DNA of 64,000 nt from the human T2T-CHM13v2.0 reference genome, Homo sapiens. Each line of letters starts with the position of its first letter. The first letter of the stretch is position 1. This document shows, piece by piece, positions 40,651 through 55,750 of this stretch. The DNA lies in assembly GCF_009914755.1 (NCBI RefSeq), contig NC_060933.1; one strand, 5' to 3'. The notes beneath the pieces were generated by a model that saw only the letters and a list, made by a program, of their open reading frames with translations, was not told the origin of the DNA and made no database searches. Position numbers and translations under genes: made by a program.

Positions 40651-43600
40651 CCATTCCATTCCATTCTATTCGGGTTAATTCCATTCCATTCCATTGGATT
40701 GCAATCGAGTTGATTCCATTCCATTCCATTCCATTCCATTCCATTCCATTCCATTCCTTTCCATTCCATTACGGATGATTCCATTCCACTACATTACATT
40801 CCATTCCATTCCCCTGTACTCGGGTTGATTCCATTCCATTCCATTCCATTCCATTCCATTCTATTCCATTCCATTCCATTCCGGAAGATTCCATTCCATT
40901 GCATTCCATTCCATTCCATTCCCCTGCACTCACGTTGATTCCATTCCATTCCATTCCATTCCATTCCATTCCATTCCATTCCATTCCGTTCCGTTCCGTT
41001 CCGTTCCATTCCATTCCATTCCATCCTATTCGGGTTAATTGCATTCCAATCTATTCGATTGCCATCGAGTTGATTCCATTCCATTCCATTCCATTCCATT
41101 CCATTCCATTCCATTCCTTTCCATTCCATTACGGATCACTCCATTCCATTGCATTCCATTCCATTCCATTCCCCTGTACTCGGGTTGATTCCATTCCATT
41201 CCATTCCACTCCATTCGGTTCCGTTGCATTCCATTATATTGCATTCCATTCTATTCGGGTTAATTCCATTCCATTCTATTCCATTCCATTCCATTCCATT
41301 CCATTGCAATGGAGTTGATTCCATTCCATTCCATTCCATTCCGGATGATTCCATTCCATTGCATTCCATTCCATTCCATTCCCCTGCACTCGTGTTGATT
41401 CCATTCCCTTCCATTCCATTCCATTCCATTCCATTCTATTCCGATTAATTCCATTCCATTCCATTCCATTCCATTCCATTCCATTGCAATCGAGTTGATT
41501 CCATTCCATTCCTTTCCATTCCATTCCATTGCCTTGCATTACACTCGGGTTGATTCCAATCCCTTCTTTCCACTCCATTACATTCCCATCCATTCCAATC
41601 GGAATGATTGATTCCATTCCATTCCATTCCATTTCATTCCATTGCAATCCATTCCAATCCATTCCATTCCATTCCATTCCACTCGAGATGACTTCATTCC
41701 ATTCCTTTCCATTCCATTCCATTCCATTCCTTTCCACTCGAGTTGATTCCATTCCATTCCAATCCATTGCATTCCATTCCATGCGATTCCACTCGGGTTG
41801 ATTCCATTCCTTTGCATTCCATTCCATTCCATTCCATTGCATTCCATTCCATTCCAATCCGTTGCATTCCATTCCATTACATTCGGATTGATTCTATTCA
41901 ACTCCCTTACTCTCCAATACATTCCATTCCATTCGGGTTGTTCCATTCCATTCCATTCCATTCCACTCCATTCCATTGCACTCGGGTTGATTCCATTCCA
42001 TTCCATTCCATTCCATTCCGGATGATTCCATTCCATTGCATTCCGTTCCATTACATTCCCCTGCACTCGGGTTGATACCATTCCATTCCATTCCATTCCA
42101 TTCCGGATGATTCCATTCCATTGCATTCCATTCCATTCCATTCCCATGCACTCGGGTTGATTACATTCCATTTCCTTCCCTTCCATTCCTTTCCATTCCA
42201 TTCCATTCCATTCTATTCGTGTGAATTCCATTCCATTCCATTCCATTCCACTCCATTCCATTCCATTCCATTCCATTCCATTCCATTCAATTGGAATCGA
42301 GTTGATTCCATTCTATTCCATTCCATTCCGTTCCGGATGATTCCATTCCATTCCATTCCATTCCATTCCATTCCATTCCCCTGCAGTCGGGTTGATTCCA
42401 TTCCATTCCATTCCATTCCATTCCATTCCATTCCATTCCATTCCGTTCCGTTCCATTCCATTCCACTCCATTCTATTCGGGTTAATTCCATTCCATTCCA
42501 TTCCATTCCATTCCATTCCATTCCAATCGAGTTGATTCCATTCCATTCCATTCCATTCCATTCCATTCCATTCCACTCCATTCCAGTGCTTTCCATTCCA
42601 TTACACTCGGGTTGATTCCATTCTATTCCTTTAAACTCCTTTCCATTCCATTGCAATGGAGTTGATTCCATTGCTTTGCATTCCATTCCATTCCATTCCA
42701 TTCCGGATGATTCCTTTCCATTGCATTCCATTCCATTCCATTCCCCTGCACTCGGGTTGATTCCATTCCATTCCACTCCATTCCGTTCCATTCCATTCCA
42801 TTCCATTTTATTCGGGTTAATTCCATTCCATTCCATTCCATTCCATTCCATTCCATTACAATCGAGTTTATTCCATTCCATTCCATTCCATTCCATTCCA
42901 TTCCATTCCGGAAGATTCTATTCCATTGCATTCCATTGCATTCCATTCCATTCCATTCCATTCCATTCCATTCCGGAAGATTCCATTCCATTGCATTCCA
43001 TTCCATTCCATTCCCCTGCACTCGCCTTGGTTCCATTCCATTCCATTCCATTCCATTCCATTCCATTCCATTCCGTTCCGTTCCGTTCCGTTCCATTCCA
43101 TTCCATTCCATTCCATTCCGTTCCGTTCCATTCCATTCCATTCCATTCTATTCGGGTTAATTCCATTCCATTCCATTCGATTGCAATCGTGTTGATTCCA
43201 TTCCATTCCATTCCATTCCATTCCATTCCATTCCATTCCATTGCACACGGTTTCATTCCATTCCATTCCATTCCATTCCATTCCATTCCATTCCATTCCT
43301 TTCTATTCCATTTCATTCCATTCTATTCTATTCCGTACCATTCCATTCCATCCCATTCCATTCCGTTCCATTCCATGCCATTACACTCGGGTTGATTCCA
43401 TTCCTTTCCATTCCATTCTTGTTGAATCCATTCCATTCCATTCCATTCCATTCCATTCCATTCGAATCCATTCCATTGCACTCGGGTTGATTCCATTCCA
43501 TTCCATTCCATTCCATTCCATTCCATTACATTCGGATTGATTCTATTCAATTCCCTTACACTCCATTACATTCCATTCCATTCGGGATGTTTCCATTCCA

Positions 43601-46600
43601 TTCCATTCCATTCCACTCCATTCCATTGCATCAGGTTGATTGCATTCCATTCCATTCCATTCCATTCCGGATGATTCCATTCCATTGCATTCCATTCCAT
43701 TCCATTCCCCAGCACTCGAATTGATTCCATTCCATTCCATTCCATTCCATTCCATTCCGTTCCATTCCATTCCATTCCATTCTATTCCGGTTAATTCCAT
43801 TCCATTCCATTCCATTCCATTCCATTCCATTCCATTCCATTGCAATCGAGTTGATTCCATTCCATTCCATTCCATTCCGTTCCGGATGATTCCATTCCAT
43901 TGCATTCCATTCCGTTCCGGATGATTCCATTCCATTCCATTCCATTACATTCCATTCCATTCCCCTGCAGTCGGGTTGATTCCATTCCATTCCATTCCAT
44001 TCCATTCCATTCCATTCCATTGCATTCCGTTCAATTCCATTCCATTCCATTCTATTCGGGTTAATTCCATTCCATTCCATTCCATTCCATTCTATTCGGG
44101 TTAATTCCATTCCATTCTATTCCATTCCATTCCATTCTATTCCATTCCATTGCAATCGAGTTGAATCCATTGCATTTCATTCCATTCCATTCCATTCCAT
44201 TCCATTCCATTCCGGAAGATTCCATTCCATTGCATTCCATTCCATTCCATTCCCCTGCACTCGCCTTGATTCCATTCCATTCCATTCCATTCCATTCCAT
44301 TCCATTCCGTTCCGTTCCGTTCCGTTCCGTTCCATTCCATTCCATTCCATTCCATTCCGTTCCGTTCCATTCCATTCCATTCCATTCTATTCGGGTTAAT
44401 TCCATTCCATTCCATTCGATTGCAATCGTGTTGATTCCATTCCATTCCATTCCATTCCATTCCATTCCATTCCATTCCGGATGATTCCATTCCATTGCAT
44501 TCCATTCCATTCCATTCCCCTGCACTCGCGTTGATTCCATTCTATTCCATTCTATTCCATTCCATTCCTTTCCTTTCCGTTCCATTCCGTTCCATTCCGT
44601 TCCGTTCCGTTCCATTCCATTCCATTCCATTCTATTCGGGTTAATTCCATTCCATTCCATTCGATTGCAATCGAGTTGATTCCATTCCATTCCATTCCGT
44701 TCCATTCCATTCCATTTCATTCCATTCCTTTCCATTCCATTACGGATGATTCCATTCCATTGCATTCCATTCCATTCCATTCCCCTGTACTCGGGTTGAT
44801 TCCATTCCATTCCATTCCAATCCATGCCATTCCACTCGTGTTGATTCCATTCTTTCCATTCCATTCAAGTTGAATCCATTCCATTGCATTCCATTCCATT
44901 CGATTCTATTCGATTGCACTCGGGTTGATTCCATTCCATTGCATTGCATTCCATTCCATTCCATTCCATTCCATTCCATTCCATTCCGTTCCATTCCATT
45001 CCATTACATTCGGATTGATTCTATTCAACTCCCTTACTCTCCATTACATTCGATTCCATTCGGGTTGTTCCATTCCATTCCATTCCATTCCACTCCATTC
45101 CATTGCACTCGGGTTGATTCCATTACATTCCATTCCATTCCGGAGCATTCCATTCCATTGCATTCCATTACATTCCATTCCCCTGCACTCGCGTTGATTC
45201 CATTCCTTTCCATTCCATTCCATTCCATTCCATTCCATTCCATTCCGTTCCGTTCCATTCCATTCCATTCCATTCCATTCCATTCCGTTCCGTTCCATTC
45301 CATTCCATTCCATTCTATTCGGGTTAATTCCATTCCATTCCATTCCATTGCAATCGTGTTGATTCCATTCCATTCCATTCCATTCCATTCCATTCAATTC
45401 CATTCCGTTCCATTCCATTCCATTACATTCGGATTGATTCTATTCAACTCCCTTACTCTCCATTACATTCCATTCCATTCGGGTTGTTCCATTCCACTCC
45501 ATTCCATTCCACTCCATTCCATTGCACTCGGGTTTATTCCATTCCATTCCATTCCATTCCATTCCATTCCATTCCGGAAGATTCCATTCCATTGCATTCC
45601 ATTCCATTCCATTCCCCTGCACTCGCGTTGATTCCACTCCATTCCATTCCATTCCATTCCATTCCATTCCATTCCATTCCTTTCCGTTCCATTCCATTCC
45701 ATTCCATTCCATTCCATTCCGTTCCGTTCCGTTCCATTCTATTCCATTCCATTCTATTCAGGTTAATTCCATTCCATTCCATTCGATTGCAATCGAGTTG
45801 ATTCCATTCCATTCCATTCCATTCCATTCCATTCCATTCCTTTCCATTCCATTACGGATGATTCCATTCCATTGCATTCCATTCCATTCCATTCCCCTGT
45901 ACTCGGGTTGATTCCATTCCATTCCATTCCAATCCATGCCATTCCACTCGTGTTGATTCCATTCTTTCCATTCCATTCAAGTTGAATCCATTCCATTGCA
46001 TTCCATTCCATTCGATTCCATTCGATTGCACTCGGGTTGATTCCATGGCATTGCATTCCATTCCATTCCATTCCATTCCATTCCATTCCATTCCATTCCT
46101 TTCCATTCCATTCCATTCCATTCCATTCGGATTGATTCTATTCAATTCCCTTACACTCCATTACATTCCATTCCATTCGTGTAGTTTCCATTCCATTCCA
46201 TTCCATTCCTCTCCATTCCATTGCACTCGGGTTGATTCCATTCCATTCCATTGCATTCCATTCCATTCCATTCCATTCCATTCCATTCCATTCCGGATGA
46301 TTCCATTCCATTGCATTCCATTCCATTCCATTCCCCTGCACTCGCGTTGATTCCATTCTATTCCATTCTATTCCATTCCATTCCCTTCCTTTCCGTTCCA
46401 TTCCATTCCATTCCATTCCATTCCATTCCATTCCGTTCTGTTCCGTTCCATTCCATTCCATTCCATTCTATTCGGGTTAATTCCATTCCATTCCATTCGA
46501 TTGCAAGCGAGTTGATTCCATTCCATTCCATTCCATTCCATTCCATTCCATTCCATTCCTTTCCATTCCATTACGGATGATTCCATTCCATTGCATTCCA

Positions 46601-48329
46601 TTCCATTCCATTCCCCTGTACTCGGGTTGATTCCATTCCATTCCATTCCAATCCATGCCCTTCCACTCGTGTTGATTTCATTCTTTCCATTCCATTCTAG
46701 TTGAATCCATTCCATTGCATTCCATTCCATTCGATTCCATTCGATTGCACTCGGGTTGATTCCATTCCATTGCATTCCATTCCATTCCATTCCATTCCAT
46801 TCCTTTCCATTCCATTCCATTACATTCGGATTGATTCTATTCAACTCCCTTACTCTCCATTACATTCGATTCCATTTGGGTTGTTCCATTCCATTCCATT
46901 CCATTCCACTCCATTCCATTGCACTCGGGTTGATTCCATTACATTCCATTCCATTCCGGAAGATTCCATTCCATTGCATTACATTACATTCCATTCCCCT
47001 GCACTCGCGTTGATTCCATTCCTTTCCATTCCATTCCATTCCATTCCATTCCGTTCCGTTCCACTCCATTCCATTCCATTCCATTCCATTTCGTTCCGTT
47101 CCATTCCATTCCATTTCATTCTATTCGGGTTAATTCCATTCCATTCCATTCGATTGCCATCGAGTTGATTCCATTCCATTCCATTCCATTCCATTCCATT
47201 CCATTCTATTCCATTCCATTGCAATCGAGTTGAATCCATTGCCTTTCATTCCATTCCATTCCATTCCATTCCATTCCGTAAGATTCCATTCCATTACATT
47301 CCATTCCATTCCATTCCCCTGCACTCGCGTTGATTCCATTCCATTCCATTCCATTCCATTCCGTTCCGTTCCATTCCATTCCATTCCATTCCTTTCCGTT
47401 CCATTGCATTCCATTCCATTCTATTCGGGTTAATTCCATTCCATTCCATTCGATTGCCATCGAGTTGATTCCATTCCATTCCATTCCATTCCATTCCATT
47501 CCATTCCATTCCATTCCTTTCCATTCCATTACGGATGACTCCATTCCATTGCTTTCCATTCCATTCCATTCCCCTGTACTCTGGTTGATTCCATTCCATT
47601 CCATTCCACTCCATTCGGTTCCGTTGCATTCCCTTGTATTGCATTCCATTCTAATCGGGTTAATTCCATTCCATTCGATTCCATTCCATTCCATTCCATT
47701 CCATTGCAATGGAGTTGATTCCATTCCATTCCATTCCACTTCATTCCATTGCAATCCATTCCAATCCATTCCATTCCATTCCATTCCACTCGAGTTGACT
47801 TCATTCCATTCCTTTCCATTCCATTCCATTCCTTTCCACTCGAGTTGATTCCATTCCATTCCAATCCATTGCATTCCATTCCATGCCATTCCACTCGGGT
47901 TGATTCCATTCCTTTGCATTCCATTCCATTCCATTCCATTGCATTCCATTCCATTCCATTCCGTTGCATTCCATTCCATTACATTCGGATTGATTCTATT
48001 CAACTCCCTTACTCTCCATTACATTCCATTCCATTCGGGTTGTTCCATTCCATTCCATTCCATTCCACTCCATTCCATTGCACTCGGGTTGATTCCATTC
48101 CATTCCATTCCATTCCATTCCGGATGATTCCATTCCATTGCATTCCGTTCCATTACATTCCCCTGCACTCGCGTTCATTCCATTCCATTCCATTCCATTC
48201 CATTCAATTCCATTCCATTACAATTCGTTCCATTCCATTCTATTCCGTACCATTCCATTCCTTTCCATACCATTCCATTCCATTCCATTCCATTCCATTC
48301 CGTTCCATTCCGTTCCATTCCATTCCATT

Positions 48330-51300
48330 CCATTCTATTCGGGTTAATTCCATTCCATTCCATTCCATTCCATTCCATTCCATTCCGGAAGATTCCATTC
48401 CATTGCATTCCATTCCATTCCATTCCCCTGCACTCGCGTTGATTCCATTCCATTCCATTCCATTCCATTCCATTCCATTCCGTTCCGTTCCATTCCATTC
48501 CATTCCATTCCATTCCATTCCGTTCCGTTCCATTCCATTCCATTCCATTCTATTCGCGTTAATTCCATTCCATTCCATTCGATTGCAATCGTGTTGATTC
48601 CATTCCATTTCATTCCATTCCATTCCTTTCCATTCCATTACGGATGATTCCATTCTATTGCATTCCATTCCATTCCATTCCCCTGTACTCGGGTTGATTC
48701 CATTCCATTGCATTCCAATCCATGCCCTTCCACTCGTGTTGATTCCATTCTTTCCATTCCATTCAAGTTGATTCCATTCCATTGCATTCCATTCCATTCG
48801 ATTCCATTCGATTGCACTCGGGTTGATTCCATTCCATTGCATTCCATTCCATTCCATTCCATTCCATTCCATTCCATTCTGTTCCATTCCATTCCATTAC
48901 ATTCGGATTGATTCTATTCAATTCCCTTACACTCCATTACATTCCATTCCATTCGGGTAGTTTCCATTCCATTCCATTCCATTCCTCTCCATTCCATTGC
49001 ACTCGGGTTGATTCCATTCCATTGCATTCCATTCCATTACATTCAATTCCATTCCGTTCCATTCCATTCCATTACATTCGGATTGATTCTATTCAACTCC
49101 CTTACTCTCCATTACATTCCATTCCGTTCGCATTGCTCCATTCCATTCCATTCCATTCCACTCCATTCCATTGCACTCCGGTTTATTCCATTCCATTCCA
49201 TTCCATTCCATTCCATTCCATTCCATTCCGGAAGTTTCCATTCCATTGCAATCCATTCCATTCCTTTCCCCTGCACTCGCTTTGATTCCATTCCATTCCA
49301 TTCCATTCCATTCCATTCCATTCCATTCCATTCCTTTCCGTTCCATTCCATTCCATTCCATTCCATTCCATTCCATTCCGTTCCGTTCCATTCCATTCCA
49401 TTCCATTCCATTCTATTCGGGTAAATTCCATTCCATTCCATTCGATTGCAATCGAGTTGATTCCATTCCATTCCATTCCATTCCATTCTTTTCCATTCCA
49501 TTACGGATGATTCCATTCCATTACATTCCATTCCATTCCATTCCCCTGTACTCGGGTTGATTCCATTCCATTCCATTCCAATCAATGCCATTCCACTCGT
49601 GTTGATTCCATTCTTTCCATTCCATTAAAGTTGAATCCATTCCATTGCATTCCATTCCATTCCATTCCCCTGCAGTCGGGTTGATTCCATTCCATTCCAT
49701 TCCATTCCATTCCATTCCGTTCCGTTCCATTCCGCTCCGTTCCGTTCCATTCCATTCCATTCCATTCTATTCGGGTTAATTCCATTCCATTCCATTCCAT
49801 TCCATTCCATTCCATTCCATTCCAATCGAGTTGATTCCATTCCATTCTATTCCATTCCATTCCATTCCACTCCATTCCAGTCCTGTCCATTCCATTCCAC
49901 TCGGGTTGATTCCAATGTATTCCTTTCCATTCTATTCCGTTCCATTGCAATCGAGTTGATTCCATTGCTTTGCATTCCATTCCATTCCATTCCATTCCGG
50001 ATGATTCCATTCCATTGCATTCCATTCCATTCCCCTGCACTCGGGTTGATTCCATTCCATTCCACTCCATTCCGTTCCATTCCATTCCATTGTATTCGGG
50101 TTAATTCCGTTCCATTCCATTCCATTGCATTCCATTCCATTCCATTCCATTCCATTCCATTCCATTACAATCGAGTTGATTCCATTCCATTCCATTCCAT
50201 TCCATTCCATTCCAGTCCTTTCCATTCCATTCCACTCGGGTTGATTCCATTCTATTACTTTCCATTCCATTCCATTCCCTTCCATTCCACTCTGGTTGAT
50301 TCCATTCCTTTCCATTCCACTCGAATACATTCCCTCTTATTCCACTCGGAACGATTCCATTTCATTCCATTCCATTCCATTTCATTCCAGTTCGTTCCAT
50401 TCCGTTCTATTCCGTACCATTCCATTCCATTCCTTTCCTTTCCATTCCATTCTTTTCCACTCGTGTTGATTCCATTCCTTTCCATTCCATTCGGTTTGAA
50501 GGCATTCCATTCCATTCAATTCCATTCCATTCCATTCCATTCCATTCCATTCTATTCCATTCCATTGCAATCGAGTTGAATCCATTGCCTTTCATTCCAT
50601 TCCATTCCATTCCATTCCGGAAGATTCCATTCCATTGCATTCCATTCCATTCCATTCCCCTGCACTCGCGTTGATTCCATTCCATTCCATTCCATTCCAT
50701 TCCGTTCCGTTCCATTCCATTCCATTCCATTCCATTCCATTCCTTTCCATTCCATTCCATTCCATTCCATTCTATTCGGGTTAATTCCATTGCATTCCAT
50801 TCGATTGCCATCGAGTTGATTCCATTCCATTCCATTCCATTCCATTCCATTCCATTCCATTCCTTTCCATTCCATTACGGATGACTCCATTCCATTGCAT
50901 TCCCTTCCATTCCATTCCCCTGTACTCGGGTTGATTCCATTCCATTTCATTCCACTCCATTCGGTTCCGTTGCATTCCATTCTATTGCATTCCATCTATT
51001 CGGGTTAATTCCATTCCATTCTATTCCATTCCATTCCATTCCATTCCATTGCAATGGAGTTGATTCCATTCCATTCCATTCCATTCCGGATGATTCCATT
51101 GCATTGCATTCCATTCCATTCCATTCCCCTGCACTCGTGTTGATTCCATTCCCTTCCATTCCATTCCATTCCGTTCCATTCCATTCCATTCCATTCTATT
51201 CCGGTTAAATCCATTCCATTCCATTCCATTCCATTCCATTCCATTGCAATCGAGTTGATTCCATTCCATTCCTTTCCATTCCATTCCATTGCCTTGCATT

Positions 51301-54300
51301 CCACTCGGGTTGATTCCATTCCCTTCTTTCCACTCCATTACATTCCCTTCCATTCCACTCGGAATGATTGATTCCATTCCATTCCATTCCATTTCATTCC
51401 ATTGCAATCCATTCCAATGCATTCCATTCCATTCCATTCCACTCGAGTTGACTTCATTCCATTCCTTTCCATTCCATTCCATTCCTTTCCACTCGAGTTG
51501 ATTCCATTCCATTCCAATCCATTGCAATCCGTTCCATGCCATTCCACTCGGGTTGATTCCATTCCTTTGCATTCCATTCCATTCCATTCCATTGCATTCC
51601 ATTCCATTCCATCCCGTTGCATTCCATTCCATTACATTCGGATTGATTCTATTCAACTCCCTTACTCTCCATTACATTCCATTCCATTCGGGTTGTTCCA
51701 TTCCATTCCATTCCATTCCACTCCATTCCATTGCACTCGGGTTGATTCCAATCCATTCCATTCCATTCCATTCCATTCCGGATGACTCCATTCCATTGCA
51801 TTCCGTTCCATTACATTCCCCTGCACTCGAGTTGATACCATTCCATTCCATTCCATTCCATTCCGGATGATTCCATTCCATTGCATTCCATTCCATTCCA
51901 TTCCCCTGCACTCGGGTTGATTACATTCCATTTCTTTCCCTTCCATTCCTTTCCATTCCATTCCATTCCATTCTATTCGGGTGAATTCCATTCCATTCCA
52001 TTCCATTCCATTCCATTCCATTGCAATCGAGTTGATTCCATTCCATTCCATTGCATTCCGTTCTAGATGATTCCATTCCATTCCATTCCATTCCATTCCA
52101 TTCCCCTGCAGTCGGGTTGATTCCATTCCATTCCATTCCATTCCATTCCATTCCATTCCATTCCATTCCATTCCGTTCCGTTCCGTTCCGTTCCGTTCCA
52201 TTCCGTTCCATTCCATTCCATTCCATACTATTCGGGTTAATTCCATTCCATTCCATTCCATTCCATTCCATTCCGGAAGATTCCATTCCATTGCATTCTA
52301 TTCCATTCCATTCCCCTGCACTCGCGTTGATTCCATTCCATTCCATTCCATTCCATTCCGTTCCGTTCCATTCCATTCCATTCCATTCCATTCCGTTCCG
52401 TTCCATTCCATTCCATTCCATTCTATTCGGGTTAATTCCATTCCATTGCATTCGATTGCAATCGTGTTGATTCCATTCTATTCCATTCCATTCCATTCCA
52501 TTCCATTCCTTTCCATTCCATTACGGATGATTCCATTCTATTGCATTCCATTCCATTCCATTCCCCTGTACTCCGGTTGATTCCATTCCATTGCATTCCA
52601 ATCCATACCCTTCCACTCGTGTTGATTTCATTCTTTCCATTCCATTCAAGTTGAATCCATTCCATTGCATTCCATTCCATTCGATTCCATTCGATTGCAC
52701 TCGGGTTGATTCCATTCCATTGCATTCCATTCCATTCCATTCCATTCCATTCCATTCCGTTCCATTCCATTCCATTACATTCGGATTGATTCTATTCAAT
52801 TACCTTACAATCCATTACATTCCATTCCATTCGGGTAGTTTCCATTCCATTCCATTCCATTCCTCTCCATTCCATTGCACTCCGGTTGATTCCATTCCAT
52901 TGCATTCCATTCCATTCCATTCAATTCCATTCCGTTCCATTCCATTCCATTACATTCGGATTGATTCTATTCAACTCCCTTACTCTCCATTACATTCCAT
53001 TCCGTTCGGGTTGCTCCATTCCATTCCATTCCATTCCACTCCATTCCATTGCACTCGGGTTTATTCCATTCCATTCCATTCCATTCCATTCCATTCCATT
53101 CCATTCCATTCCGGAAGATTCCATTCCATTGCATTCCATTCCATTCCATTCCCCTGCACTCGCGTTGATTCCATTCCATTCCATTCCATTCCATTCCATT
53201 CCATTCCATTCCATTCCATTCCTTTCCGTTCCATTCCATTCCATTCCATTCCATTCCATTCCGTTCCGTTCCGTTCCGTTCCATTCCATTCCATTCCATT
53301 CCATTCTATTCGGGTTAATTCCTTTCCATTCCATTCGATTGCAATCGAGTTGATTCCATTCCATTCCATTCCATTCCATTCCTTTCCATTCCATTCCATT
53401 CCATTCCTTTCCATTCCATTACAGATGATTCCATTCCATTGCATTCCATTCCATTCCATTCCCCTGTACTCGGGTTGATTCCATTCCATTCCATTCCAAT
53501 CCATGCCATTCCACTCGTGTTGATTCCATTCTTTCCATTCCATTCAAGTTGAATCCATTCCATTGCATTCCATTCCATTCCATTCCCCTGCAGTCGGGTT
53601 GATTCCATTCCATTCCATTCCATTCCATTCCATTCCGTTCCGTTCCGTTCCGTTCCGTTCCGTTCCATTCCATTCCATTCCATTCTATTCGGGTTAATTC
53701 CATTCCATTCCATTCCATTCCATTCCATTCCAATCGAGTTGATTCCATTCCATTCCATTCCATTCCATTCCATTCCACTCCATTCCAGTCCTTTCCATTC
53801 CATTACACTCGGGTTGATTCCAATGTATTCCTTTCCATTCCATTCCATTCCATTGCAATCAAGTTGATTCCATTGCTTTGCATTCCATTCCATACCACTC
53901 CATTCCGGATGATTCCATTCCATTGCATTCCATTCCATTCCATTCCCCTGCACTCGGGTTGATTCCATTCCATTCCACTCCATTCCGTTCCATTCCATTC
54001 CATTCCATTGTATTTGGGTTAATTCCAGTCCATTCCATTCCATTGCATTCCATTCCATTCCATTCCATTCCATTCCATTACAATCAAGTTGATTCCATTC
54101 CATTCCATTCCATTCCATTCCAGTCCTTTCCATTCCATTCCACTCAGGTTGATTCCATTCTATTAGTTTCCATTCCATTCCATTCCCTTCCATTCCACTC
54201 TGGTTGATTCCATTCCTTTCCATTCCAGTCGAATACGTTCCCTCCTATTCCACTCGGAACGATTCCATTCCATTCCATTCCATTCCATTCCATTCCATTC

Positions 54301-55750
54301 CATTCCAGTTCTTTCCATTCCGTTCTATTCCGTACCATTCCATTCCATTCCATTCCTTTCCATTCCATTCCTTTCCACTCGTGTTGATTCCATTCCTTTC
54401 CATTCCATTCGGTTTGAAGGCATTCCATTCCACTCAATTTCATTCCATTCCATTCCATTCCATTCCATTCCATTCTATTCCATTCCATTGCAATCGAGTT
54501 GAATCCATTGCCTTTCATTCCATTCCATTCCATTCCATTCCGGAAGATTCCATTCCATTGCATTCCATTCCATTCCATTCCCCTGCACTCGCGTTGATTC
54601 CATTCCATTCCATTCCATTCCATTCCGTTCCGTTCCATTCCATTCCATTCCATTCCATTCCATTCCGTTCCGTTCCATTCCATTGCATTCCATTCTATTC
54701 TGGTTAATTCCATTCCATTCCATTCGATTGCCATCGAGTTGATTCCATTCCATTCCATTCCATTCCATTCCATTCCATTCCATTCCATTCCTTTCCATTC
54801 CATTACGGATGACTCCATTCCATTGCATTCCATTCCATTCCATTCCCCTGTACTCGTGTTGATTCCATTCCATTCCATTCCACTCCATTCGGTTCCGTTG
54901 CATTCCATTCTATTGCATTCCATCTATTCGGGTTAATTCCATTCCATTCTATTCCATTCCATTCCATTCCATTCCATTGCAATGGAGTTGATTCCATTCC
55001 ATTCCATTCCATTCCGGATGATTCCATTGCATTGCATTCCATTCCATTCCATTCCCCTGCACTCGTTTTGATTCCATTCCCTTCCATTCCATTCCATTCC
55101 GTCCCATTCCATTCCATTCCATTCTATTCCGGTTAATTCCATTCCATTCCATTCCATTCCATTCCATTCCATTCCATTGCAATCGAGTTGATTCCATTCC
55201 ATTCCTTTCCATTCCATTCCATTGCCTTGCATTCCACTCGGGTTGATTCCATTCCCTTCTTTCCACTCCATTACATTCCCTTCCATGATTGATTCCATTC
55301 CATTGCATTCCATTGCAATCCATTCCAATCCATTCCATTCCATTCTATTCCACTCGAGTTGACATTATTCCATTCCTTTCCATTCCATTCCATTCCTTTC
55401 CACTCGAGTTGATTCCATTCCATTCCAATCCATTGCATTCCATTCCATGCCATTCCACTCGGGTTGATTCCATTCCTTTGCATTCCATTCCATTCCATTC
55501 CATTCCATTCCATTTCATTCCATTCCGTTGCATTCCATTCCATTACATTCGCATTGATTCTATTCAAATCCCTTACTCTCCATTACATTCCATTCCATTC
55601 GGGTTGTTCCATTCCATTCCATTCCATTCCACTCCATTCCATTGCACTCGGGTTGATTCCATTTCATTCCATTCCATTCCATTCCGTTCCATTCCGGATG
55701 ATTCCATTCCATTGCATTCCGTTCCATTACATTCCCCTGCACTCGCGTTG
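48330..55750 (-). repeat. Diverged tandem duplication, period about 3.9 kb (about 48330-51830 and 52230-55750)
   Basis: Shared variants at 3870-3935 offset: CGGATGATTCCATTCTATTGC (48641/52524), TTGCTCC (about 49133/53011), GGTTTGAAGGC (50493/54411), 1-nt deletion CCATCTATT (about 50992/54920), GATGATTCCATTGCATTGC (about 51089/55017). Confidence 0.8.
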
